From: Chrysomallon squamiferum
Lineage: Eukaryota; Animalia; Mollusca
Length of the DNA stretch: 64,000 nt
Assembly: GCA_012295275.1 (NCBI GenBank)
Contig: CM022667.1
Coordinates: forward strand, 6,262,001 to 6,326,000
Direction of reading: 5' to 3'
In this document: positions 28,247-41,947 of the stretch, piece by piece
Position numbering within the stretch: position 1 is the stretch's first letter
How the letters are laid out: each line of letters starts with the position of its first letter
Notes under the pieces: model-generated
Told to the model about the DNA's origin: nothing
Databases searched by the model: none
Seen by the model: the letters and a program-made list of their open reading frames with translations, nothing else
Program-made: the position numbers and the translations under genes

Positions 28247-29374
28247 GTCAGTTTTTACATTGGGATGTTGTTTTGTTTTTTTGTTTGTTTGTTGTTTTCG
28301 TTTTATTTTCTTCTTATTATTATTTTTGCTCTATTGTTATTTAGTTATATATTTATTTATTTCTTGCTTTCAGTGTTTGTGTAAATAATTAATTTCACTA
28401 TAACTAACATGGACCAATGATTTTTTAAAAATAAAAATAGGAAACTCATTGTTTGCATACATAACAGTACATGTTCTAGAAGTTCAATGTTTTTTGTGAT
28501 AACGAAAAAGAGTGAAAATTTAATTTGTAACACATTTTTTTATCGGACCGGTTGATGGACCTTTATTTATTTATTTTTAATTTTCTGTAGTAAACCTGCA
28601 TCAAGGGTTATCGTGAATAAATCAAGGCAGTCATTCAAATAACACGTGATGAATTTGATTTTTACATGTAATACGACCTTCAATGCTTTGAACAAAATAA
28701 ATAAATAAAGAAAAAATTATAATGGTTTCAACTATCGTTTTACAAGTTCGTACTCAGAACTGTCCGCTATGGAGTTTTAGCGGAGTAACGTGTCCACATT
28801 ATGGTACCAAATGAGAATAGTCATCTTCATATTCACGCGCCAGTGTCTGTGAAAATTGTTTATTTTATTTTATTATTATTAGTTTATTATTGATTTTTTT
28901 ATATATTGCCTGCCGACGTCGTAGTAATATCTAAAAAAAATACAGAGTACAAAACGTGTGCGAGATGGTATGACGTCAAAGTTACCTGAAAAAAAACACA
29001 GAAGAAAAATGGTTTCGACCTTTGCTGCAATTTCTAATCAATAATAGACATCTATGTACTGGAGGCATTGATTAAATGACATATTTCCCCAAATTACTAT
29101 TTATAATCCATGCAGAATTGATTGCATTATGAAGGCATACTTATTAAAAAGTTTGCAAACTCTAATCGGCGTTCGACGCTGTTGTCCTTGATTTCGATCG
29201 GAACTTTCCGTGAGCTCACGGATTTTTTGAAACTTCCAAATTCACTTGTTTCACATATGTTTTCTGAATTTTTTATTATTTAAACTGATAAAGATAAGGA
29301 TGGTTGTTCATATTACCAAACCATGATGTCGCGGGACTTTCGTAACTACTTTTTCCACTTAATCAAACTTTTTG

Positions 29375-29439
<65 letters not shown>

Positions 29440-30149
29440 TTAATACATTTTTGCATTGTAGCCTTTTGTTTGAAAGTTTCAAAAAAAATATAATTTTTTT
29501 AATAAATATGCTTCAGTTAATGAATTTATATAAAAACAAAAATGACAATGCAGAGAATATGAGTAAACTTTGTTTTATTCTTATAACTTGGGTAGACTTT
29601 TGTTCTCATGAAGCTTATTTCTTATTTTGATGTGTTTCTAATTTAATTTCACAACACCAGTTCAGTACATAATTTCCTAAACCTGTGAAGTGTAAGTAAT
29701 ATGTTCAAGAAATCTTTCATATCAATGTTAGAGATACTTGAAGATAGAGATATTTATGAAGTTATTTAAAATAGTTTTTTGAATTGTTGTTTATACAATC
29801 ATTTGTTGCTTTATTTTATGTTATATATATATTTTTTTTTTTTCTGAAATGGGCAGATACACGAAGAAAACTAAATAACTGATGTATGCGTGTCTGTGTG
29901 TTTTATTTAGTAGGTTTTACATCTGACTTTTACAAACATTTACTTATGCATTATACAAGGACATTTCATGTTTGTATATCTTGTTATTTATCCTGCATAA
30001 AGATGTTTTACTTACAAGTTGAAGTCTAGCTTTATTTTATAGTAATTTTTAGTTAACAGAAACGAAAAAAGCATACATAAACACATACGAAAAAAGTTAT
30101 CAAACAAAATTTATATTTTCATTTTAAATTTTTATTTTCAATGTTACAG

Positions 30150-30161
30150 GTCCACAGACAG
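30150..30161 (+). CDS. 12-nt micro-exon (G)PQT between leader and V1 of gene C
   Basis: ttacag|GTCCACAGACAG|gtatga; same exon at 52589. Confidence 0.5.
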
Positions 30162-30763
30162 GTATGATGTTTGTACATGTAGAACTGATCATCATCATCA
30201 AATCTTAATACACAAACCTTATTTTGTATTTCTCGGTGCATAATTGTTAATTTAATATAATTTTAAATGATTTTGAGATAATGTTTCTCTATTTTCAATA
30301 TGAATATGATAAAAGTGTTACGTGATTAATATTTTATAAATTTAAAAACATACATAAGAAGTAATTAAAACAGAAATGTCACTTCGTTTTGAAAACTAGT
30401 AATCCATTAGAAAAAAAGATTAATACAAATATTTTACGATAAAACTGAAGCAATAGTTGATTTTATAATTATATACCTGTTTTCATTTTTATTTTTTAAA
30501 TAAGTATTATGACATTGATTAATATTCTGCATGTACTAAACATGTTCTTTATGTCTAATCTGCTATAGTCCATTATGACACATTTTCCCTGCTTGTTTAT
30601 CAAGATTATTACTGGCGATGGTGATGGATGTAAAGATATTAATTGTCCAAGGCTAACTTCACCATAACACAACAAAGATTTTACTGTCCTGTGTTTATTT
30701 AGTAATTTCACACAATAAATTTGTTATTTTCTCTTGTATAAAAAATTATAAGATCTGCTGAAA

Positions 30764-30823
<60 letters not shown>

Positions 30824-31486
30824 GTAATTATTATTGTTAACTGTACTACAAAAATAAATATATAGTCCCAATAAAAATGAATAAAAAAATATATTAAGCA
30901 AATATTGCTCTCAAAAACCTAATTATGTACTTAAATATGTTTCAAATTTCAGTCATGTTCTATATCAAGTTGAATGAATATGTTTAAGAGTTTAAACAAT
31001 AGTTCCATGATGTAATTATTGTGGTTCAAATTCTTTTGCAGATAAATAATTTCACTGATTAGTAAAATTTTCTTAATAAAACTCTATAAAACACAGCTGC
31101 TATGAAAATACAGAATGGTAGATATCCGCAACCTTGTTAAAAACAATTGCTAACATAATCATTCTTTTCATCATCTCTGTTCGTTTTTGTTGCAGCTATG
31201 ATGATATCTGGATTTGAAATTAATGTGATTTTGTAATTCTGGGTAATGCTTTCAAATTGTTCATAGCTTAGGGTTATTGGGTCAAAGCAGTAGGGACTAT
31301 AACTGTGTGTAAAGAGCTGAACACTCCACCAGTAACAGGATATAAAGTTGTTTGCTCAATACAAGTGAATGTCAGTGTTATATCAGATTAAGATCTTTCA
31401 ATTCTTCCTAGGACAGTCTACTTATAGAGAAATGTATTAGATATATGTGAGAATTTTCCAAGTCTATTAATACAGTTTGAAGCCTG

Positions 31487-31557
<71 letters not shown>

Positions 31558-33074
31558 TTAATAAATTTATGCATACAGTCTTCTGTTTGAAACTTTGAAA
31601 AGAAATTTAACATTGATCACTTCATACTTAGCAAAATCTATCAGATATATATTACTACATTTTCTAAAGTGCCTTAATATAATATTGAACATAAAGAAAT
31701 AATTCTTTGAAACAGGAAGGTGGCAGTTAATGTGCGTGTGTCTGTTATTATTTAATAACAGTTATAAACAGAACTGATTCAAAGTAAATAAGGTATTTTT
31801 CTAAGACAATATTTTATTTATTTCAACATTTAAATCTGGTAGGTTATTCCTTTATTCAGATCAGATCATTTCCTCACTGCGAGGGAAAAACACTAAATAA
31901 TTTGTTTATTATGAACACAGCCTCATCCAGTGAGCTGTCATCTTGATATTAGTTTAGTCAACAGTTTGAGTTATCAGTGAAACTAAAGTCAGCTCTTTAT
32001 TATCATCTAACACAGTGTAAAATATTTGCATTTCAAATATGATTCATTAATATTTCCATGACATTTAAACACAATTTTCTGTAAAAAGCAAAATGGTGGT
32101 AATTTAATCAGAGGACATCAAAATCAAAATTTTTCAACAAACACAAAAGCAGGTGGCATGGTGCCAACTGGCAAACTGTTTTTCCACAGCCCTGACACAC
32201 ACGTATATCAAATTCATTTTATTTATGGTTATGTCTATGCTGTCTGTAAATAATCATGTATAATACTGTTATGAAATGATCTGTAGTAATTGAATGTGTC
32301 AGCTTTTCTTGTTTACATCCATGTTTTCCATTATTCTCAACAGCCTTTTGCTTGTTAATTTATTTGGTAACTGAAACAATAATATAATAATACGAATTCC
32401 TTCTTTTAATCTAAGCAAGATAAAAACACAACTGAAGAAAACTATTTTCATCTTATTGTTAGAATGTTATAATTTATTTTCCAGACAGATAGTTTTCTAA
32501 TAAATAAATAAATAAATATACATTATAATATTGATAATAATTGTTTAACTGTTGAGAGTATTTTTCACCTTTCATAAGACTTTAATCTAAAGTGATTATA
32601 TTTGTTTAATTCCACTTCAAAGTTTTTGTTTTTTTAATTAATACATAATCTCAAGCCTTAAGAACATTAGCTGTTTTAATATTTTCCTTTTCTTTCCCGC
32701 TTCATTGTTCCTTTATGAAACATAATTTAACAACTTAATCAGCACTGTCCCGTTTAATTTAAGATTTTCTTTCTAAAATTCACTGAATAAAAATTTCAAT
32801 ATGTTTTCTCAGATCTGTCCTATTAAAACTACCAAATACAAATTTTTACTTGATATATATAAACAATACTTTGAGCTAAATTTAAAATAATTTTCATTTG
32901 TACCAGGTTTGGAAAAACTACAAAGAAAACAACAAATATATATTTGTTTCTTATTTCTACTGTCTTACTGTAAAAATGTGGTACTTCAGCAGACTACCAG
33001 GGTTAGAATTCTGGGAGAAATCACAAGCTAAAATACTTCAGGCTACCAGTACGGCCAAGTGCTGAATGCCAGTG

Positions 33075-33270
33075 CTAAATCTGTTGAATGCCTCGCCCTT
33101 GCCCATTGTGAGTCATGATAAGGAGTCCACCGAAAATCACCAACCACATTAGCAGAATTTAGTCAGGCACTTCAAGAGGAGTTGAACGATGGCCACTGGG
33201 AAAGTCACAAACAACTCATCCACTGAATGAATGTCTTACACACCATGACAATATCATACACTACTGACAC
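33075..33270 (+). mobile_element. Tc1/mariner transposase C-terminal relic (copies at ~35595-35815 and ~51475-51670)
   Basis: PTTLAEFSQALQEELND...KQLIH resembles Tc1 P.TL.EL..ALQEEW...LI.SM. Confidence 0.5.
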
Positions 33271-33475
33271 AAAAAACCCTAACAACCAACAAGAAAAAAT
33301 GTCAACTTTCAAGTTTAACCTCGGACCCCTGTCTTCTAGATCAAATTCTACTAAGATACTGAACTATTACTGGTAATGTTTGCCCAGTCAGTTCACTATT
33401 ATCATATAGCCATGCATCCATTTTACATATGTATCTTTAGATCCATAGATATGTATAATATTTTTGTGATTGTAG

Positions 33476-33826
33476 GTTACACAGTGTATTTGTCAGGCAT
33501 TTCATTAAATGCTACGTCAACAGCATACATACTTACATGTACAGTGACTGATGCAGCAAATCTCGATGACTTTATAAATTTTAGAAGAGAAACTGATACA
33601 TCAGTCTTTTCTACAATAGAACAAACTACAAGCGGATGTTCAGTGTTCACCAAGCCACCAACAGGCTATGATTCAGAGTGTGGAAGTGGAACACAGGAAA
33701 ACAATGCTCAGATTAAGGAATATACACTGACGATCTTTAGTCTTCCAGATGAGGATGCTGGAATTTGGTGGTGTTACTTGGAAAAGCTTGGAATACGTAG
33801 CAACAATCACACTGTGAAATTTGATA
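33476..33826 (+). CDS. Gene C V-like Ig exon 1 (117 codons)
   Basis: ttgtag|GT...A|gtaagt, 351 nt, open; YILTC...YTLTI..L..EDAGIWWC. Confidence 0.92.
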
Positions 33827-36036
33827 GTAAGTTGAGAATCCTTTATCATTATTTATTTTTCTACATGAAAAAATTATTTGTTTTAAATTTAAATTTGCTT
33901 ATATGAATGAATAATTGAAACAGATTTTATCTTAGCAACAAAAGAAGTCATGTATTATCCAGGAATGACAAACACCACAAACACTGATGATTGATGAACC
34001 TAATAGTTGTTATTAGAATGTCAAAAGAAAACAAATAACAACAACAACAAACTACAAAAAAAAAAAAGGTAAAATAAAAAAACAAAGAATAGAACAAATA
34101 TATATGTTTATATATTTTTATAACAAAATTAAACAAAAATGTTGGGGTTGTTTTAATAAATCAAAATAAAATAATTTTCAAGATTTCTTTTATTAAGAAG
34201 TTAATTGATAAATATAGAATAAGGAATCAATCTGGATACAGAACATATATGTTAAATACCAAAAGTAACTGTAAAACTTTAAGAAGAATCTGTTTCCTTC
34301 ATGTGAATGTAGACAATCTCATTTTATCTTTAAGTAAATTTTCTCTCTTAGTCAAACTGGTTTTCCACAGTCCTGACACACACGTATATCAAATTTATAT
34401 TATTTATGGTTATGTCTGTGCTGTCGATAAATAATCATGTATAATACAATTTTGAAATGATCTGTATTAACTGAATGTATCAGCTTTTCTAGTTTACATC
34501 CACATTTTCCATTATTCTCAACAGCTTTTAGTTCTTAATTTATTTGGTAACTGAAACAATAGCATGATAATACGAATTCCTTCTCTTAATCTAAGCGAAA
34601 TAAAAGCACAAATGAAGGAAACGATTTTCATCTTATTGTTAGAATGTTATAATTTATTTTCCAGAAATACAGTTTTCTAATAAATCAATAAATACATAAA
34701 AAAAAAAAAAATAATAATAAAAAAAAATAAAAAATAAATATATAAATAAATAAATAAATAAACAAAGCAACATTATAATATTTATAATAATTGTTTAACT
34801 GTTATCAGTATGTTTCACATTTCATGAAACTTTAATCTAAAGTGATTATATTTGTTAAATTCCTCTTCAAAGTAATGGATTTAATTAAATCCATAATCTC
34901 AAGCCTTAAGAACATTATCTGTTTTGATAATGTTTTTCTTTTCTTTCCTGCTTCCTTGTTTCTTTATGAGACTTTATTTAACAACTTAATCAGCACTCTC
35001 CCGTTTAATTTAAGATTTTCTTTCTAAAATTCACTGAATAAAAAATTCAATATGCTTTCTCAGATCTGTGCTATTAAAACTACCGTTAACCACAGGAATC
35101 ATAGGAACTGGTTTTATGAAGTTATTAATTGAAAACCACTTTTATATATTTCTATATCACCCAGTCAAAATCCGTTTTCTAAGATGGCATTTCTTGGTTC
35201 TGTCCTTTTCATCTTCAATCACTTAAACAGAGCTTTTTGCACTTTGTCATTAAATAATGGCTAAAAATATGCCATTAGCCTGCTGTCATTGAAATAGCAT
35301 TTTTGACGATTTTGTTTCAAATACATCTGCAATGTTAATCCACCAAATACAAACTTTTAGTTTATATATATAAACAATACTTTCAGCTAAATTTAAAATA
35401 ATTTTCATTTGTACCAGGTTTGGAAAAACTACAAAGAAAACAACAAATATATATTTATTTTTTCTTTCTACTGTCTTACTGTAAAAATGTGGTTGTTAAG
35501 CTGACTACCAGGGCTAGAATTATGGTATCCCTGGTAGATATCAGAAGCTAAAATACTTCAGGCTACCAGTACGGACAAGTGCTGAATGCAAGTGCTAAAT
35601 CTGTTGAATGCCTCGCCCTTGCCCATTGTGAGTCATGATAAGGAGTCCACCGAAAATCACCAATCACATTAGCAGAATTTAGTCAGGCACTTCAAGAGGA
35701 GTTGAACGATGGCCACTGGGAAAGTCACAAACAGCTCATCCACTGAATGAATGTCTTACACACCATGACAATATCATACACTACTGACACACCATGACAA
35801 TATCATACACTACTGACACAAAAAACCCAACAACCAACAAAAAAAAATGTCAACTTCCAAGTTTAACCTCTGACCCCTGTCTTCTAGATCAAATTCTACT
35901 AAGATACTGAACTATTACTGGTAATGTTTGCCCAGTCAGTTCACTATTATCAGATAGCTCGTATCCATTTTACATATGAATCTTTAGATCCATAGATAGA
36001 TTGATATAGACATGTATAATATTTTTGTGATTGTAG

Positions 36037-36387
36037 GTTACACACTGTATTTGTCAGGCATTTCATTAAATGCTACGTCAACGGCATACATACTTACATG
36101 TACAGTGACTGATGCAGCAAATCTCGATGACTTTATAAATTTTAGAAGAGAAACTGATACATCAGTCTTTTCTACAATAGAACAAACTACAAGCGGATGT
36201 TCAGTGTTCACCAAGCCACCAACAGGCTATGATTCAGAGTGTGGAAGTGGAACACAGGAAAACAATGCTCAGATTAAGGAATATACACTGACGATCTTTA
36301 GTCTTCCAGATGAAGATGCTGGAATTTGGTGGTGTTACTTGGAAAAGCTTGGAATACGTAGCAATAATCATGCTGTGAAATTTGATA
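36037..36387 (+). CDS. Gene C V-like Ig exon 2 (117 codons)
   Basis: 351 nt, open, splice sites intact; 2 aa differences from V1. Confidence 0.9.
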
Positions 36388-37376
36388 GTAAGTTGAGAAT
36401 CCTTTATCATTATTTATTTTTCTACATGAAAACATTATTTGTTTTAAATTTTTATTTGCTTATATGAATGAATAATTGAAACAGATTTTATCTTAGCAAC
36501 AAAAGAAGAAATGTATTATCCAGGCATAACAAACACCACAAACACTGATGATTGATTAACCTAATAGTTGTTATTAGAATATCAAAAGAAAACAAATAAC
36601 AACAAAAAAAAAAAAAAAAAAAAAAAAAAAAGGTAAAATAAAAAAACAAGAAATAGAATAATTATATATGTAACAAAATTAAACAAAAATTTTGGGGTTG
36701 TTTTTAATAAATCAAAATAAAGTCATTTTCAAAATTTCTTTTATTAAGAAGTTAACTGATAAATATAGAAAAGGAATCAATCTGGATAAAAAGACATGTA
36801 TGTTAAATACCAAAAGTGACTGTAAAACTTTGAGAAGAATCCGTTTCCTTCATGTAAATGTAGACAGTCTCATTTTATCTTTAAGTAAATTTTCACTCTT
36901 AGTCAAGATATTTCATACAAGAACATTGGCTCGATACAGTTATAGAGAGGCTCATTCTTTATGTATAATATTTTTGGTGTCGTAGTGTGATTCATGAATA
37001 AAACTGAATAAACTGTATATTTTAACATTGTTGAAAATTGGTAAAAAGTACAACATTTACTTCTTTCTTTCTTTTAAACTGCACAATTCAAGCATGAGAA
37101 AAATATGTATTATATTTCTTTCTTTATTTCTTTCTTAATTTCTTTCTTTCTTTCTTTATTTATTAATAGTATGCGTATAAAAAAGATATTAATGATTCAT
37201 CACAGGATTTATCAGTTCTCCTTAGTTTTCTGAATTCGATATCTTTTACCAGTGTTTCATAAGTGATTTTATCAAAGTCTGTTGTTGCAGTGGTATATGG
37301 TTTTTCTGTGTACAAAACTTAACAATCCTTTGCTGTTAACTAATGTACAAAAATTACATGAATATCTAATAACTGA

Positions 37377-37420
<44 letters not shown>

Positions 37421-39851
37421 GTTATGTTAAACATTAATAAACAACTTTAAGAGACGAGTTGCCAGTATTCACTATTTTCTGGAAACGTTGATGTAGTGGA
37501 TGGGATGACATAAGCGCACGAGAGAAAAGCGCACAGATTTATGCATCGGACCCTTGAGGAAGTAAACTCCATTTTTGCTACATAGTTCAGATGCAGTTGA
37601 CACATTACAGTAAAATAATCCAAATTTCATTTCTGACCAGGTTATCACAAACCCCAATTTGCTAATTTTTTTCCTGCATTGCTGGGTAAGCTCTAATAGT
37701 ATAACACATAAACGAAATACCGAAGACAATATTATTCATTTTTAGTTATTTCAGTTCACAGAATAGCAGAATAAATATAATTCAAATTGATTTTCAGTAT
37801 ATGTGTAATATATCATATATTATCCCAATTCAATGAGATGTTACATATGTAATTTTTAAATTATATGTATAAATTATGTGTCTGATTCTAATTATTTATT
37901 TTGTACAAAATAACGAATTATAAATAATCTACTGATATCTAGATAATAGCATTATGTAAATTATATTTATTAGTCACTACATTTATTTTATTATTCTAAT
38001 TTTTTCTTTCCCTAAAATTCTGAATGTGGTGGACAACAGCAGAAATACATTTCATAAAACTGTAAACTTGATGATGTTTCAAATTCCAATCAGGTTTATG
38101 AATATGTATAATATGTAACATAGTTTCATATGTAACAATTGAAGTGTACATTCTTTCTATTAATAAATAATCTGACTGAATTGTAAAATGTTCCTAATAA
38201 AACACTTTAAAACTCAGCTGCTATGAACACATACATAATGCTATTTATCCCCAAGTAAAATTGTAAAGTACCAGTTACTAACACAATCATCCCTTATATC
38301 ATATCTGCTTATTGTTTTACTTTACAAGGGTGCTTGTGATAATGTGTGGATACAAAATGAGCATAAGTTTGTATTCTTAAATTTGAAATTTAGTTTTGCA
38401 GGGTTCATTTTTGTTTCAAGGTTTGCAAAGAAATTTAAGAGTGACCAGTTCATACTTTAGGAAATCTTCCAGATATATTACTACTGTATTTAATTTTAAT
38501 GTACTTTAATATAATGTATTCAACATACAGATTTGTTATAATAGTGACAAACAGAACTTATTCACAGTAAAATGTTTTTCTGTCATAGTGATTTACTTAT
38601 TACAGTTACTTACACATGAATAAACAAATTAAACATATATGTATCATTTACATAAATTTGTTATAAAACTTATTCTTGTGCATCAATACATAAATGAATT
38701 AGTTTAATATAATTTTAAATAATTAATTTTTGTGTCTAGTCCGCTTCATTCCATTTATCACACATCTTCCGTGCAGCTTGTTCTTTATCAAGATCATTAC
38801 TGGTGATGGTGATGGATACAAATAATTAATTGTCCTGTGCTAACTTTACATAACCTTACAGTTATATTACTACTTCACTGTACTGATAAACAAAAACAAA
38901 TTACACCTTTTAAACTTGTTAACATGTTTTAGTTAACATGTGGTAGATTAAATTTCAAGAAAAGTCATTTCACCGTCACGTGATCCACATGGTCAGTTTC
39001 AAGGTCATAACAAAGATAAATAGTTCAGTGTACTCCAATCTTCGTGAAACTGAACAATAATGGCAGATTTGGAATCCTTGTCATATTGCCTTTTCAACAA
39101 TACCAGTTTTATGAAGATTGGCCCAGTAGTTTCTGACATATGAGGGTTTAAAAATCTGAGAAGGTCAGGTTTAAATAATTTGTAAAACAGAAAACCTTGG
39201 ATGTAGTGTATATTCATTATTTATGTATTTATTCATACATCCAAAGTACCTATCAGCTGAAGTTCACCACATATTATGTGTCTTAACTGCGATTTCATCA
39301 TGAAACGAGATTACTCCAAAGCAGGTTATTTGCGAGTAATTCTTTCAGCTCTACATTCACGACGTTACTTGACACGAGCGGCAACAAGGTCTGGCTTACA
39401 TGTAACAAGCTCTTTGCTTTACATATTAAAATAACTCAGTTTTGTGTGTTATAACGAACTATGCTATATGTCATAATGAGCTGTGATTTACGAGTTGGGA
39501 AGCTCTGTTTTACGTCTTTTTACTACTTTTCACATTATATTCATAAACATTCATATACAAGTCTACACTGCATGCTGTAATAGTCATTACATTATCTCTA
39601 AAACTTTCAAGGTTATATTTTATAAGTATTAAATTAACTCAGTTTTGTGCGATATAACGAGCTATGCTTTATGTCTTAATGAGCTCCGGTTACATTTTAT
39701 AAGTAAAAGAAAAATAAACACAACTACTCAAAGCATTCAGGTGATAAGTGTAGTGTTATGGTATTAAAAAAATAAATAAATAAATAAATAAATAACGCTA
39801 TGCATTAAAGGTATATTTAAATGAGATATTATTGTACTCTGATTTTAACAG

Positions 39852-39927
39852 ATTACAAACCGTTTAGCGCATCACTTGCCACCCGCACCAGACCTGTACT
39901 ATGGACAATTACTGTGTGCATTATTAG
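39852..39927 (+). CDS. Gene C hydrophobic exon YKPFSASLATRTRPVLWTITVCII
   Basis: taacag|AT...AG|gtgagt; in-frame 12 nt longer than paralogues. Confidence 0.75.
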
Positions 39928-39933
39928 GTGAGT

Positions 39934-40063
<130 letters not shown>

Positions 40064-40268
40064 GATATATCTTTGTTTGACTTCCTTTTATCGTTTATTT
40101 GTTGGTGTTGTTTGAAAAGCGAAATTGTTTTAATCAGCCACTCAAGTAAATATGTTTTCAAAACTTCTGTTTGAGACAAAAGTAACGAAAGTTTTATATG
40201 TATCTGACTAAACGTTGTTAACTTGATTTCGTCAGCTAATTATATTTCTTGTATATTATTCATTGCAG

Positions 40269-40308
40269 CTTGGAGATCATCACTAGTGATTTATTTTCTC
40301 AGTACTGA
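40269..40308 (+). CDS. Gene C terminal exon (S)LEIITSDLFSQY*
   Basis: ttcattgcag acceptor, phase 2. Confidence 0.65.
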
Positions 40309-40451
40309 GATCACTGCTGGAATTTTCCTAACAAATTTACTGTTGCTTGTTTCTGCGATTCGTTTTAAATAATATTTAACAAATTATTATTATTATTTTT
40401 TCATTAACAAATTGATTCTTTTATATTTGTTTAAGAGGCTTCTCAGAATTT

Positions 40452-40516
<65 letters not shown>

Positions 40517-40841
40517 TGAAGGTTAAGTATAATCATTTCTTTTTCTTCTTTTTTTTTTTAATTTTAATTTTTCTTTATTTCTTATGTTTATATATCTTTT
40601 TTATATGTAAATTGTTCCTCCCACACAACTTGCTCATGTTTCACGCCTGTTTCACTTTCCGGCTCGTTTTATAGTTTCTCTTTCAGTAACGGCGCACTTT
40701 ATTACAAATGCGATGTTCAATATGTTCATTTGCTTTATTTACTACCTCATTTGGTTTTGATATATTAGTTATGATTGTTGTTAAGCTTTATAATATACAC
40801 TCAATGAATACTAGCTTGTTTTCAAGTAAATCCTAAAAGTG

Positions 40842-40847
40842 AATAAA
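40842..40847 (+). terminator. Poly(A) signal, gene C
   Basis: AATAAA with downstream GT-rich element. Confidence 0.5.
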
Positions 40848-41128
40848 TAAAATATTGCTATGTAAAAAATTTGTGTTGTGTTGTCTGTTGGAATGGTTAC
40901 GTAGGAAATGTTTGCTCGTCAAAACTGTTTGAGTAACCAATATTTATTTTTGTTTTCTTTTGATTTGTTTTAAGAACGGTTTACATTTTTGTCCTGTTTT
41001 TGAAAAAGTATTTTCATTACATATAAATACAGTTATAATTATGTAACCGTAAAATGTTATAAATTTCAAACGTTGATATTTGAGGTATTGGATTATTTCA
41101 TTTTTTTCATTATTTACTTCATCATGTA

Positions 41129-41181
<53 letters not shown>

Positions 41182-41289
41182 GCGCGAGTGTGTGTGTATG
41201 TGTTTTAATAGTTTCTAGGGGTTTCCGTTTTCTGTACTGGCCGGTTTGAGTTGTTTTTTCCTTTGATTCAATGTTTTTATTTTCTGCAG

Positions 41290-41386
41290 GACGTAGATGA
41301 TATTTATGCAATTGTGGATAAATCTGAGAAACTTGGAGCGGATAAAAAATATAAGTTAAAACATAAAGAGAAGACAAAGAAAACTG
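41290..41386 (+). CDS. C-linked cytoplasmic-type exon DVDDIYAIVDKSEKLGADKKYKLKHKEKTKKT(G)
   Basis: ctgcag|GAC...CTG|gtttgt, 97 nt, open. Confidence 0.65.
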
Positions 41387-41506
41387 GTTTGTATGACACA
41401 GATTTCTAAAATTATATTGCAACAGTTTTCTTTATATCACATCAATAGAAAAGAAAGAGAAAAAGGTTATTTGGTTTTACATTTCTAATTTTAATTAAAG
41501 TTTTAG

Positions 41507-41523
41507 GCAAATGTAACAAGCAG
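41507..41523 (+). CDS. C-linked 17-nt micro-exon (G)KCNKQ
   Basis: tttag|GC...CAG|gtgtat. Confidence 0.5.
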
Positions 41524-41776
41524 GTGTATATCTGCAGTATGTTTATAATTTTATTTTGATGTTATTTGTTAAGAAAACCTCTTTGATATCACACTAAATA
41601 TAAAATAATTCGAAAGTTAAATTGCACAACTGAAGATAAATAAAACTAATGTCTGACAAACAATTTGTATATATGTTTATTTGTGTATGTATGTGTGCCT
41701 GTGTGTTTGGGTGGATGGTTGGGTGTTTGTGTGAATATATATGTACTTGTATATTTGTTATTTTTAAGGTTTACAG

Positions 41777-41947
41777 CCAGCAACGAATAAAAGAAGAAAT
41801 GAATGTCAGCTGATTTACACTTACGTTGAGTTTAGAAAGGAGAAAATGTCACAGCCCATCTACAAAAAAGAAGAACTGACAGTGTACATTCAGATTGACT
41901 TCTCAAAGAAAGTCCCACAGTTGTCTGATGTCAATCAAGAAAGGTGA
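41777..41947 (+). CDS. C-linked terminal cytoplasmic exon with ITIM (LIYTYV) and ITSM (TVYIQI)
   Basis: ttacag|PATNKRRNECQLIYTYVEFRKEKMSQPIYKKEELTVYIQIDFSKKVPQLSDVNQER*; open to TGA. Confidence 0.72.
   Translation, partial: PATNKRRNECQLIYTYVEFRKEKMSQPIYKKEELTVYIQIDFSKKVPQLSDVNQER

Larger units (their letters stand above)
27540..34100 (+). repeat. Segmental duplication, C 5' half; paralogous to ~46745-52450 (D 5' half)
   Basis: Identical leader exons offset by 19200 nt; collinear intron 1 and V exon. Confidence 0.9.
32172..36906 (+). repeat. Tandem duplication of the V-exon cassette (~32172-34354 and ~34355-36906)
   Basis: Both units start caaactg.ttttccacag.cctgacacacacg and end taagtaaattttc.ctcttagtcaa. 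Confidence 0.9.

Noticed and set aside
33826-33900. Recombination-signal-like sequences beside V exons (somatic rearrangement)
   Set aside because: No heptamer/nonamer seen; V exons are complete and bounded by ordinary splice sites
33376-33906. ORF-track 176/151/149-aa single-exon proteins
   Set aside because: Ends are intronic read-through; canonical splice sites delimit the V exon
37450-37730. CpG-containing unique stretch in C with a GGAAGTAAA motif
   Set aside because: No leader exon or recognisable product follows
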